Positions 19,475-35,148 of a stretch of DNA of 64,000 bases are shown piece after piece; the first letter of the stretch is position 1; each line of letters starts with the position of its first letter. This DNA is from the human T2T-CHM13v2.0 reference genome, Homo sapiens: the NCBI RefSeq assembly GCF_009914755.1, contig NC_060943.1; one strand, given 5' to 3'. The notes beneath the pieces are model-generated. The model was not told the DNA's origin, did not search any database, and worked only from the letters and a program-made list of their open reading frames with translations. The translations under genes were made by a program, and so were the position numbers.

Positions 19475-20060
19475 TCAGCCCAGACCAGTGACAGAGCTAC
19501 CAACACTGCTTCACCTCCTGCAGAGGTAGAGGTACAGGCAATGAGAGGAGGGGGTCAGGGATATTTTTTAGCCCTTTCTCATCCTACCCTCATGCCAGTC
19601 CCAGCTTTATCTACCCTTGAGTCATATTAAGCCATTCAAGGATGAGTGGATGAAGTTTTTAATCAGGAAAAAATACTTCCATGCCCCCCAATTTGAGAGT
19701 AAGAAATAGAAAATGAGGCTATTGTGGGTGTCATTTCTAATTTCTGGACCTCAGCCTGTACCCTGGGGTAAGTGGAAGTGGAAAAAAACTACAAGAAAAC
19801 AGAAAGAGTGGTGGGGATTTGTAAGGCTTGGATGAGATAGTATATATTAAAGGGAAAACTTAATTACTTTACCCTTAAGTGTAATGTTTGCTGTCACCTT
19901 TTTGTATCTTTCTCTTTTTAATCAGACTGTTGAAGGTGTCTTCTATTCTTACTTTTTAAGAGTTCTCTTCTTCTATTGCTTAAATTATGAATGGATGTTA
20001 AATGTTTTCAAATGTAATATCTGCCAATATTAACATGATTATTTTTATTCTTTCATTTAC
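19475..20060 (+). pseudogene. Truncated FPR-family pseudogene remnant (last ~23 codons plus 3'UTR)
   Basis: Translates SAQTSDRATNTASPPAEVEVQAM versus FPR3 SAQTSNTDTTSASPPEETELQAM. The stop reads AGA (19544) instead of TGA. Downstream sequence aligns to FPR3 42005-42041 and 42834-43310. Confidence 0.9.
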
Positions 20061-20099
20061 ATCGTTACAGATTATTTTATTGTATACAACTGTATACAA

Positions 20100-21170
20100 A
20101 CTTCATATGGTTCCTTTCATATAATAAGAATGTAAGCTGTCTGAGGGCAGGAATTGTGGTCTGTATTGCTTACAGATGAATCCTCACCCTCTATGTGTAA
20201 AATAGTGTCTGACATGTGGTAGGCACTCAATAAATACTGAATTAATGAATCAATAAATAGTGTCACCTAGATATTTAAGTGAGAAACATTTGATGTCTAA
20301 TTAAAATTATCTCTGTTACAAATTATTTTATTAAATTAAATTAATTTAACTAAAATTAAAATAACGTGAACCAAGTCATGTCTAGTAAATTCTCATCCTC
20401 ATGTGCGCAATATTTATAAATTCCCAGGTGGCTTCCATTTTCATGAACACCTTAAATTTTGAGTTTCCACTTCAATACAGTACTCTCACTAACAACTGCC
20501 TAATGACTTTGTATTTAAATAAATAAACTCATAACTCAGCCCTTTACCTTGCTTTCTCCACAAAAACACTCAGAAATTGTCAATTTTGTATTGTGTAACA
20601 TACTTTCCTGATGCACTGGCAAAAGACACCACTCAACATGAATACCAAGGAATCCTGTTATCAATGTCCTCTCTCACTCCACTGCTTTACTCATTCTTCT
20701 CGTCTTCTCTAGAGTTCTGTGCATTTCCAAGGCAGAGCAGTTTGACCATTTCATTCACACTTTTGACTCCTATAAATGCTTTCAATTTCCAAAAAAAAAA
20801 AAAAAATGTATATTCTTTAATGCCCAACTAAGTTGTGGCCATAGAAAATGAGGAACAATGAAAAAAATGCAAGACAGAAAGTCAGGAGCCACGAAGGACA
20901 GCGTGAGACCTCTAGATAGGAGAGCCAGGGCTTCCAGATGGGCTAATTAATAGACTCCCTCTACTGCCAGGACAGGGGATTCTTACCTTTCCTTCCCACT
21001 GGCCTTGGTTAATTGCAGTAGAACAGTGTCCGCTACATCTCCCTTTTTTCTTTTCCTCATTAGGAGTTTCCATTGTGGATTCCCAATTCTCATTGCATCG
21101 TGGTATATTGGGGCTTTGAAGCTAAGTATTCTTTTAAGTTATGGGACACTTATCACAAAGAAACTTCAAC
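20100..21170 (+). repeat. Paralogy block F (FPR 3' flank); partner ~44580-45880
   Basis: Shared strings 'actttcctgatgcactggcaaaagacaccactcaacatgaata' and 'ccagggcttccagatgggctaatta'. Confidence 0.92.
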
Positions 21171-21889
21171 ATAAAACGTTGGGGATCTCATCCTTGGGAA
21201 GGATGGCTCTACTTCTTCTATTTGGAAGAAGAGTGTAAAGGGATCTTGAGTACCTGAAGGCATAATTCTGGCCAAGACTGACAGCTGCCTAACCAACATT
21301 AATCACCCTTCTTCACTGCAGTGAATGCTTATAAGGGTCTGTTGCCTCGGCATCCAGTCTAAATACAAGCTTAATTTTCTCATACGAGGCTCAGGGCTCA
21401 GTCACCCTTGACACAGTTTCCAGTTCTACACCACAGTCACGAGTACAAGAAAAAAAAAAGAGGAACTTTAAATTTAAGTACTGGGCAGAATCCAGATCTA
21501 GGAAACGTAATCCTAGCCCTGGAATACTTACTGATTTATGAACAAACTTCTAATGGGAGGGTGATAAAAAGGAAATTAAATACATCATATGTATATATGT
21601 ATATAATATTTTAATGTAAACATAGGACAAATAGGTGAATTATGTACATTTAATATATAACCGCATCAAAACAAAGTTTTACAATTTGATTTGATTGGGA
21701 ATTCAAAATTCATATATTAATTTTTATACCAAAAAAATTATGTAACAAAAGGATAAAAAGGCACTGATTTGGTTTTGTGCCTTTACAACATAGGTACTAA
21801 CTTAACTTCAACAACAGCAAAAATGCTCAAATTGACAAAAATTTATGGACTTTACATTGGGGCTCAAATTATAGTTATATATGAGGATC

Positions 21890-22358
21890 TATCGAGCACC
21901 CGATTCTGTGGCTGTTCGGGGCGCCACTATGTAACCTGCCATGATCCCTGGTGGACTGAACAAAGGGGGGTGAATGCAGGAATAAAAGACAAGAGACAAA
22001 AGAGTATATTTGGAAGAAGGGGTCCGGGGGCACCTTGCCTCTAGTGGACAAGGCCCTGAGCTTTACACGGCCCTCTGTATTTATTAGAGAAAAGCGATAG
22101 TGAGAAGGGGGGTGGAAGAAGAGGTCAGTTGGTTGGTCCAGAGTAGGCTTGCAAGACTGCATTCTCTAGATGTTCCAGTAGATAACTTCAAAGAGCTTGG
22201 CGTCAGGAAGCGATTGCCCTCAGCAAACCTTCTGGCGGCAGGCACAGTCGTGAGTTTGCTCACATCCTGTATTCATGATAAACAGTTTGCTGTTTGATCA
22301 TATAGCCTCCAGTGGAATGCTGAGTTGGTCACGTCCCATGGGCCTTCGGCTCCCTGCA
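21890..22358 (-). mobile_element. 3' LTR (LTR3 family)
   Basis: Preceded by a polypurine tract (aaacaggggga). Homologous to the 5' LTR. AATAAA on the minus strand near 22080. Confidence 0.9.
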
Positions 22359-22359
22359 T

Positions 22360-23430
22360 ATCCCCCTGTTTATGAATTAATTGAAAGAATGTAAGACCAG
22401 GCTGGGCAGCTCTCATTCTCCGATTGGCGGTCCATCCGATTTTACAGACTATAAACAGAAGACAGAGACAAAACAACATTACTCCAAGAACTACATATAA
22501 GATGTTACTGTGGTACTTTAGATAGGTCCAAGGGTTGAGGCTCTCCAGGCCTTCCTGGAATTCAGTCCAGTCTTCTAAAGAAGGCTGAAATTCTTGAGTG
22601 TGCCTATTTAAATCAAGAATTTTGTTTTGTAATTCACTAATATCAAAGGTGATGTTGGATGTGAAAGCTCCTTGCAAATGGGCTTTCACAAGGTCCCACG
22701 GATACTCACTTTTGTTATATTCTAAGTTGGTTACACAAATACGAGTGTGATTAAAATGACAGCGCAATTGCCGCTGCAACTGCAAGCTTTATACTTGTTC
22801 CCCTAACCACAGAACCATGGATTTCAACATTGCCACTTCAGTTTGTAACTCAGTGTTAATTTTATTCTGAAGTAGCCTCGCTTGGTTGGCTGTACGTGTC
22901 CAATTCTCTACGTACTGAGCCGTTTGAACAGAACTATGCAAAGTTACAGAGGACATCACAACAGAAGTTATTAGTGTGACCAAGGAAACGATAGCAAAAA
23001 TTATCATGCCTAAGGCTCTACGGGCACAATAAGTAACCTGAAGTAGAAGAAGTTTCACAAAATGCAAAGCAGGTGTGGCAGCCCAAGCCTCGGACAGATT
23101 AACAGGAATCCCTAGCCCAGGGATGCAACCTAAAATCATCAAAGTCGAGATATTATGTGTTCGCAATGTGCTATGATTAATGCAGTGATATAACTGGCAA
23201 GATTTACAGGTCAACTGGGTATTGTTTACCTGGAGCTGGTCCTTCTGAGCTGCCAAAAAGACATAAGGATTAAAAACACAAACCACAAATTGAGTGGTGA
23301 TATTCTTTACAAATGTAACATTAAGACTGTGTCGTGACTCCAGTCGGCCTTCTCTCCATCTTTGCACTCAGGCTCAGCTGACTCATGGCTCGTACCGGAG
23401 GGACTGGGCCCATGGTTGGCCACCCCATGT
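22360..23430 (-). pseudogene. HML-6 env remnant (most of SU deleted, TM with one in-frame stop)
   Basis: RR|ALGMIIFAIVSLVTLI fusion peptide, CHFNHTRIC loop and hydrophobic anchor. ORFs 22789-23367 and 22273-22785 share a frame and are split by one TAA. Confidence 0.88.
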
Positions 23431-26190
23431 TTCTCCAGTCTCCCATTCCAGGGTTGCAAGCACCTTGAGGGCACCCACATGGCTTGTCAATCTCCTGTAA
23501 ACACACAAGCATACCCTCTTCCCCATGTCAGTAAATCCACCGGGCCTTTCCATTGTCCTTCTTCTGGGGATTTCCATAACACTTTCAGATAAACTTTCCT
23601 CTTTTCCTCTAACACTTGCCAATGTCTTTCTGCTGGAGTCTTACCATCCGTACCAGGAGTCAAAAATTTTAAAGTAAATAAGGCTAAATGTAGTTTTGAT
23701 TGAGGTGGTAGTTGGCCTCCTATACCCCCTTTTTGTCTTTTCAACATTCGTTGTAATGTTTGATGTGCCCATTCTATAATGCCTTGTCCTCTAGGATTAT
23801 AAGGAATTCCTGTTTTATGGGTTATAGCCCAAAGCTGTAGGAAATTTTGAAAAGCATGACTAGTATAAGCAGGTCCATTGTCAATTTTTAATTGTTTAGG
23901 TATTCCCATATGAGCAAATGATGACAGACAATGTCGCTGTACATGACCAGCTGTCTCACCTGTTTGGCATGTACCATGCAGCATATGAGAATAAGTGAAA
24001 CAAATTAAGCAGTTCTGGGTCTAGCGTACTTTTAACTGTAGCAGTTTCTATGCGAATGGCTAAATTTACAACATAAGCTGAACAAGAAGAATCTCCTTGC
24101 AGGGTTTGGTAAAGATGTGTAAGTTGATAGGTAGCAATACCTAACATCGGGCGTAGCCAATTAATATCTCCTAATAATTGCTGAAAATCATTTAAAGTCT
24201 GTAACCTGTCTTTATGGTTGACAATGTTGATTGTAGCCTGCCACGATCCCTGATGGACTGAACAAAGGGGACGAGCGTGGGAATAAAAGACAAGAGATAA
24301 AAGAGTATATTTGGAAGAAGCGGTCAGGGGGCAGCTTGCCTCTAGTGGACAATGGCCCTGAGCTTTACACAGCCCTCCGTATTTATCAGGCAAAAGAGAT
24401 AGCAGGAAGTGGGGGGGGTGGTTGCTGGCTAGCAGCCTGATTCACAGCAGGCTTGCAAGACTGCATTCTTAAAACAGTAGGCGCTAGATTTCTCAATAGA
24501 TAACTCTCAATAGATAACTTCAAGGAGCCAGGGAGTGAGGCCCTCCACAAACCTTTTGGTGGCAGCGCAGTGTGAGTTTGCCACATCCTGCATTCATGAT
24601 AAACAGTTTGCTGTTTGATCATATAGCCTCCAGTGGAATGCTGAGTTGGTCACGTCCCATGGGCCTTCGGGTCCCTGCAGTTGATAGGATCTGAAGCTGT
24701 GAGCTGTAAAACCTCACAGCTGACTGCAACTAGCTCTGAGCATTGACCTGAAACCCCAGAGATCCTTATTGTTTGAGTATGTTTTAGTCCATAGATGGCA
24801 GCATGACCTTTGGAAGAGCCATCAGTAAAATAAGTCTGTCCACCTGGAATAGGTTTGTGATGAGTAATCACAGGAAGAATGAAAGAATGGATTTTATAAA
24901 ACTGTAAAATTTTGTCTGAGAGTAGTGGTTATCTATCACGCCCATGAAGTCTGCGAAAGCAGTTTGCCAGGCAGTCGACATTTCCCAAGCTGCAGCTTGT
25001 TGCTGAGAGTCTAAAGGAACAATAATTTTGTCAGGATCATATCCTGTAAGCATTTGTGACCTATGCCTGCCCATAGTCACAATTTGTGTAATTAAAGAAA
25101 GATAAACTTGCAAGGTTTTGACTGTTTGATTAGATAGAAAGAACCATTCTATTACTGTTACAGACTAGTCTATAAACTGGCCCAAAAGTCCTGTTGGAGA
25201 GTAGGGGGTAGGAAGAATAAACAAAAGCAAAGGTTTTTGTGGTTGTAGCCATGAGGCATGTCTCTGCTGTAACATTTGCTCTACAAGCTGTAATTTGGCT
25301 TCTGCCTCTTTAGTTAGTTGCTGCAGGGAATTTAAAGAATCTCCGTGCAGGGTTTGGTAAATATGTGTAAGTTGATAGGTAGCAATACCTAACATCGGTC
25401 ATGGCCAATTAATATCTCCTAATAACTGCTGAAAATCATTTAAAGTCTATAACCTGTCTTTATGGAGAACTACTTTCTGAGTCCATACACTTCTCTCTGT
25501 AACAATAGTTCCTAAGTATTGGTATGGGGAAGTTGTTTGTACCTTTTCTAGAGCTATTTTGAGATTCCATTTAGTCAAAGCCTGCTTTGTTTCTCTGAAT
25601 AACTGATGTAGGTTTTGATCTGTAGGAGCAGCCAAAAGAATATCATCCATATAATGAATGATGTAAGCAGTAGGAAACATATTCCGAGGCTTCTTTAATG
25701 CCTGTCCTACAAAATGCTGACATAGCGTAAGACTGTTAAGCATGCCTTGGGGTAAAACTCTCCATTGATAATGAGAAACAGGTTCTCTTTGATTAATAGA
25801 AGGCACAGAGAATGCAAATCAAGGCTTATCCTTCTCGTGTAAGGGTGTAGTAAAGAAACAATCCTTAAGATCTATTACTACAAGAGGCCAGTCTCTTGGA
25901 ATAGCCGCTGGAGATGGTGAAAGTTTTTGTAAGGCACCCATCAGTTTTATGTGTACATGAATAGCTCTTAAATCATGTAGTAGTCGCCATCTTCCGGACT
26001 TTTTTGGAAAAACAAACACTGGAGAATTCCAAGCTTATGTGTCCGGCATCCCATTGTTCTTTTACTAGCTGCTGAAGTTGCATCAGGTTCTCCTGAGATA
26101 GGGGCCATTGATCCACCCACACGGGTTTGTCACTGAGCCATTCTAATAGTGAGGCAGTGGGCAGAGGAGAAATATCAATGACCCTCGTCA
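23430..26190 (-). pseudogene. HML-6 pol (RT, RNase H, IN; rearranged)
   Basis: LPQGMLNS, YMDD, FTDGSS, KIDNGPAY, TGIPYNPRGQGIIE and WKGP motifs. Contains a nested LTR, a duplicated RT block and a deletion of the IN N-terminus. Confidence 0.92.
24232..24679 (-). mobile_element. Nested LTR3-family solo LTR inserted in pol (RNase H)
   Basis: Full LTR with its own 6-bp TSD GTTGAT (24226-24231 and 24680-24685). Confidence 0.9.
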
Positions 26191-26199
26191 GAAATCCTG

Positions 26200-27000
26200 A
26201 CGTCCTAGCCCTTTTCTATCTGTTTTTCCAGTTACTGATATTGGGTTAGGATTTCCTTGAAGAAATTTTCCTAAACATTTTCCCCTCTGATATCTCATGT
26301 TCTTCAACATTTTAAATCCTGGGTTATCAAAGTTTTCATTTGTAAGTCTCATATTCCATGTTATAAGTAAGTCTCAACCCCATAAATTGATAGCTATATT
26401 TTCAACATAAGACTGAAAAGTACATGACTGTCCATCTGGACCAAGACAAGGTAAAATCTCAGTGCTCTGTTGAACACTTTGAGCTGTTCCTACTCCCACT
26501 AGGGATGTAGAAGTTAATTGCAAGGGCCAGGATGGGGGCCAACTGTCTTTAGATATGACTGACACATCAGCTCCCGTATCCATAAGCCCATAAAATTTCT
26601 TTCCTTTAATGTGTACTACACAGGTAGGTCTATTAGAGGCTATGGGTTGGGATAGATAGATTTCTCATGTAGTTGTGCTCCCAACCTCTTTATTTTCTCA
26701 TTTCTCCTTTCATGGAGAAGGGTGTGATTTGCAGGGAATAAGCAATAATTGAGCAGTATATTGTCCCAGCTCAAAACCCAAAGATCTTGTGACATTAAAA
26801 CTACTTGAATTTCTCCTTCATAATCAGAGTCAACAACTTCTGGGACTACAGTAATGCCCTGTAAGTTAAGGCAGATTTTGCCTAAAATTAGTTTCACATA
26901 TCCTGCTGATAAAGGTCCCCAAATATCAGTGGGAACTTTGATGGGTTTGTCTGCCCCAACTAACATTACCCATTCTTTGACTGGGAGATCTAATCCTGCA
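26200..27000 (-). pseudogene. HML-6 dUTPase-protease (disrupted)
   Basis: dUTPase motif VVDSDYEGEIQV and protease active site DTGADVS, frameshifted. Confidence 0.88.
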
Positions 27001-28589
27001 CTCCTTGTGTTCCTGGGGTGAGGGAATCAATGTGCCTCTGGGAACCCATGCCTGGAACGGGGTTGAGGTCTGGACTGGGAATGCCCTCATTGTTTGTGGG
27101 GCCTGGGTCCAGGCCCCCATCTCATTTCCCAGCAGGGGGGTGCCATTCTGATGAAATTTTGAGCGGCACTGATTAGCCCAGTTATTTCCTCTGTTACGCA
27201 AGGACAAAGTCCTGGCATTTTTTCCACTGGGTGGGGCACTGCATTGTAAGGTCCTTTCTGTACTGAGATCTGGCGGCATTCCTTTTTAAAATGTCCAGGT
27301 TTTTCACAATTATAACATTTTCCCACTTTAGGGTTTGACCCTTGGCTCCTTTTAGATTTGTCAACTGCTAAATTAGCCACTGCTTGCGCTAATATTGCAA
27401 AGTGATGAAGCTCAGTTCCTACATCTTGACAAGCTCTGAGAAAACTTCCCAAGTTTTTTATACACCTCACCAGTGCCAGTGCATGTTTACAATCCGCGTT
27501 TGCATCCTCAAAAGCTAGAGTTAAGGTTAGCATTTCTGCAGCCGTGGTATGAGGAATCTGACGCTTCACTGCCTCTTGTGATCTTGTAAGAAATTGCACA
27601 TAGGGTTCCTGTGACCCTTGCATATGTAAAAAGGATTGTACTGGGACTCCCTCTTCAGGAATTGCGGCCCAGGTGCATTTAACAGCCTGTGCACACTGCT
27701 GATAAGCAGCGTCTGGGAGTGCCATTTGACTTTCCAGGTCTGAATAAGGGCCATTACCTAATAGCATATCCTCTGTAATGTCTCCGTGTCCAGCAACATG
27801 GTTCTGTTTAGCCTGGTCTGCACACATTTCTTGCCAATTTAAATTCCATGTCAGATATGCACTAGTGGACAAGCAAGTTCGCATCAAGTGTCTCACATCA
27901 AAGGGTAAAAAACGCATAGCACCAAACACAGATTCTAGCAATCCTAAGGTCAACCGGCTCTGTATGCCATTATTTACCACTCTCGCTTTTAATTCCTTCA
28001 ACAACTTACTCTAGTGGGGTGTGTTCATGAATAACCTGCTGTGGATTGTTGGGATCAGGCCTTATGGAAATAGGAAAAGTGCAAGGTCCTAGGGGCTCTC
28101 CAGCTATGGCAGCAGAGCATAAAATTCTTTGTATTGGGGTCTCTAGTTCTGCTACCAAAGGAGGCAATACAGATGTTTCTGCAACTGGAGGAGGCTGTAT
28201 AGGCCAATTTTTATCCTCCCTCTCCTGTTTTTTATTTTCATCTGGAGCTGTGAGTGGGACAACAGATTCTTTCAGATTTTTAGATTCAGCCTGTTGTCCC
28301 ACAGAATAATAAGGAGATAATGGCAGAAGTACAGTATGAACTAAACTCCAAGTGGAGAAAACAGAAGGATCAATTTTAAGACCTTTTTGATGAGCCCATT
28401 TTAATCCTTCTGCTCTGTCCCAATTTTCCACATCAAGGGTGCTGCCTGTGGAAACCATGGGTTATGTGTAATAACCTCCTGCAGCAGCTAAGTTAATGTC
28501 TGAGAACTAACCTGAGCACCAGTTTGTTTCAACAGAACTCTAAGCAACTGCACATAATTATTTTTTTCAGTAGACGAATTCTGCCCCAT
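27000..28589 (-). pseudogene. HML-6 gag (disrupted)
   Basis: Starts MGQN at 28589. MHR-like QGSQEPYVQF and zinc knuckle CYNCEKPGHFKKEC. Stops and frameshifts present. Confidence 0.9.
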
Positions 28590-28802
28590 GTTACCGTGAT
28601 TCAGAAAACTTCCCATTCCCAGTACTTCTTTAAGGAACTGATCCCAGTACCTCTTTAGGCGCTGACCTCATGTGCGCTGCCAGCTGACTCATCCCAGGGT
28701 CCCCATTTGCGTTGTCAATTTCAGTTCCTCTATTCCAGGAGATCTTCTTCATTCACATCCTCATAGTCCCGTGTTCAGACTGTCGCCTGTTTGAGTGCCA
28801 CT

Positions 28803-29133
28803 TGTAGAGCCCCTGATTCTGTCGCTGTTCGGGGCACCACTATGTAACGTGCCATGATCCCTGGTGGACTGAACAAAGGGGGATGAACACGGGAATAAAA
28901 GACAAGAGACAAAAGAGTATCTCTGGAAGAAGGAGTTAGGGGGCACCTTGCCTCTAGTGGACAAGGAGCTCGGCACCAGGAGGCGACTCGCCCTCAGCAA
29001 ACCCTCTGGCAGTGGGAGTAGTCGTGAGTTTGCCCACATCCTGCATTCATGATAAACAGTTTGCTGTTTGATCATATAGCCTCCAGTGGAATGATGAGTT
29101 GGTCATATCCCATGGGGTCTTCGGCTCCCTGCA
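28803..29133 (-). mobile_element. 5' LTR (LTR3 family) with ~140-bp internal deletion
   Basis: TG...CA termini, 331 bp versus 469 bp for the 3' LTR. Lacks the segment carrying AATAAA. Confidence 0.9.
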
Positions 29134-29962
29134 AGGATCCCACTAAATGTACTCACTTTGCCCATATTGTCTTGAGAAGGCAACTACATATAAAATTTTG
29201 AAAAATGAGTATACCTCGCTTTAACTACAGCCTTGCCTAAATTACCCATAGTCATACCTATTGTTCTAAAATAGCCTATGTTGGAGGTAGGTTGCTCTAA
29301 AACAGAATATGTTGGAGGTAGACATAATAAATAATACATTAAAATTAAAGTAAATTGTTTGCACTTAGAGATTGGCTTGATAAAATGGGATCACTTAGTC
29401 CCCCAGTTAAGATAGTTAATATGGCCCAACGTAGGGTGAAATAATGGCCTTCAATAATTAAAATTTGTTAAACAAAACGTGATTAATAAAAGGGTGACTA
29501 TCCACATTGCATCTCCACTTAACAGCCCAAAGTGCTTCTTGTTCCCATATCTGAAAATAAAAAATATCACAAAGAATGTCTTATGATGGATGACTACAGC
29601 ACTAAGGCTGTAGTCCCATCTATCAGGGCCCCCATATCTAACATCTAATATTATTAAAAATTGCTAATACTATTCAATCAAGAACTGGTAAACATTTTGC
29701 TCTCATTCATTTGGCTAGCATGTTCTGTTAAGTGCTTATTTCTACAGACCCTCAGCTACAGTTGCCTCCACCTCTGAAGAAACACAATACACCTTTCCAG
29801 GCTACCTAGGGGTACCCTCATAGCTTTGGCATCACACACAAGCTTTGCAGACAGGAGCTTAATGACATCCACAGTCTCCATAAGCACAGGTGCAGCATTA
29901 CATTGAGGACAACCTCCTCTAAGAAGATTCACTTGATACACACATTACAGTCATTTAATTCG

Positions 29963-30585
<623 letters not shown>

Positions 30586-30689
30586 TATGAGCAACCTCAT
30601 TTATATTTTTATTTTTATTTTTATTTTTGGCCCAGGGAATGATCTAAGGATGTCATGTTTCAGTGGTGAAAGATAAGGACAGGTCCTGA

Positions 30690-33760
<3,071 letters not shown>

Positions 33761-34432
33761 TAAACCAATAAATGAAAGCAAAGTGATTTATTGTGTTCTG
33801 CATGCCATTCTAGCAAATTACAAAGCTGATGAGGGGGTCACAGGAACCCCTGATTTATAGCCCATCAGTCAGAAGTACAGGTGGCCACATGGGACTTGCA
33901 TTGGTATCTGAAGTGAAGACAGTCTTGTGGGAGTGAGACCTTTAACTTGTGCGATCTGATGCTATCTCCAGTTAGACAGCATCAGAACTGAATTTCATTG
34001 TAGGATAGACAGTGGTGTCTCCAGAGAATTGGAGACTTGCTCTGTTTGGAAAAAAGCCCACACATATGCTGTTAGAAGTATGTGTGTAAATAGAGAAGTG
34101 AGTTTTTGCTTAATCATACATCTTTGTTGTTTATTGTTTTCCTCTCATTTTTTCACCTTGGTAATTTTTTGTTTCATTTCCCTGAATCTCTGAAGAAGAA
34201 AGGGCCTGGACTCTCATATTCCTTGACCCTTGTTATTTGGAGGGATGAACTCCAGTCTCCCACAGAAGGTTAGAGGTGAAGGAACATTCAGACACATAGG
34301 TTTCTAAGATGAGTAGTTTGATGACATCTCCAAGGTGTCTTCTGGGAATGGTAAGAAACCCTGAGTTTCTGTCACTGGATTGATTCCAGCTCCATTGTTC
34401 CCTTGTCCTTCAGCAAAGTCTCTGCTGAAGCC

Positions 34433-34960
34433 TATTATGTAAAAATCACAGGACACCATTGGTTTAAACTGAGCTACTGTACTACACTCAACAAACAAAA
34501 CCAAAATAGAGTCACTCATACTAAAGTTCTATGTCACCAAACCAAAAACTAAGTTGTTTATCTGGCTTTCCAAGAAATCATAAAGAGAGAGAGAGAGAGA
34601 GAAAATAGCCAAATTCCCAAACAGGTCACTTTCAGTAGCCATGAAAATGCCTCTGCTTTAATCCTTACAAAAGAAGTAACGTAAGTAACCATGTCAGTCA
34701 ATCTGTTTTGTTTTTTTTTTTAAATTATTGTTTCCCTATTCCCACTGTATGGAAAAAGCAACTTTGAAATGACCATTCAGCTTTTTTTTCTTTGTTTCTG
34801 CTTTCTTTAGCCCTCCTCTCCCTATAAAATCAAACTTCTCTGTTCTACTCATCAATACAGGCATTCTGTTTTGAGGGATGAGGTGTTGTCTGATTCTAGA
34901 ATTATGAATAAAGCCAATAAAAACTTTACACTAAATTAGTTGTAATTTTGTCTTTTGACA
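34433..34960 (+). promoter_or_regulatory. MER34/MER39-like solo LTR, paralogous copy upstream of proximal exon 1
   Basis: Aligns with 11940-12456. TATAAAA at 34823, AATAAA at 34907, ends ttttgaCA. Confidence 0.7.
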
Positions 34961-35029
34961 AATCCTTGGAGCTTGTGTTGCTCGACAGGAAGCCAGGGAC
35001 TGGCCACAAGAAAAGGAACTCAGCTAGTG
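34850..35029 (+). other. Proximal paralogous exon 1 (possible alternative FPR3 first exon)
   Basis: Collinear paralogue of 12350-12525: 'gaaaaggaactcagctagtg|GTAAGTtggggtctg'. Intact donor at 35030 and TATAAAA at 34823. Confidence 0.65.
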
Positions 35030-35148
35030 GTAAGTTGGGGTCTGGCAATCTAAAAATTATTGTTGGAATGCCTGCTGTATGACAGACATTTCCTAAACTC
35101 TGGAGCAGGGCTGTGCGATGAAGTATCTACTTGCCAAATACAGCTTTT

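Larger units (their letters stand above)
21890..29133 (-). mobile_element. HERV-K(HML-6)/HERVK3 provirus with LTR3-type LTRs, defective
   Basis: LTR-gag-pro-pol-env-LTR order on the minus strand. 6-bp TSD AGGATC (21884-21889 and 29134-29139). Lys-type PBS and PPT present. The empty site is visible in the paralogous segment near 19005. Confidence 0.93.

Noticed and set aside
21890-21928. PBS after the 3' LTR as evidence of a tandem second provirus
   Set aside because: The same 40 bp ends the 5' LTR and the TSD lies right outside it, so it is part of the LTR.
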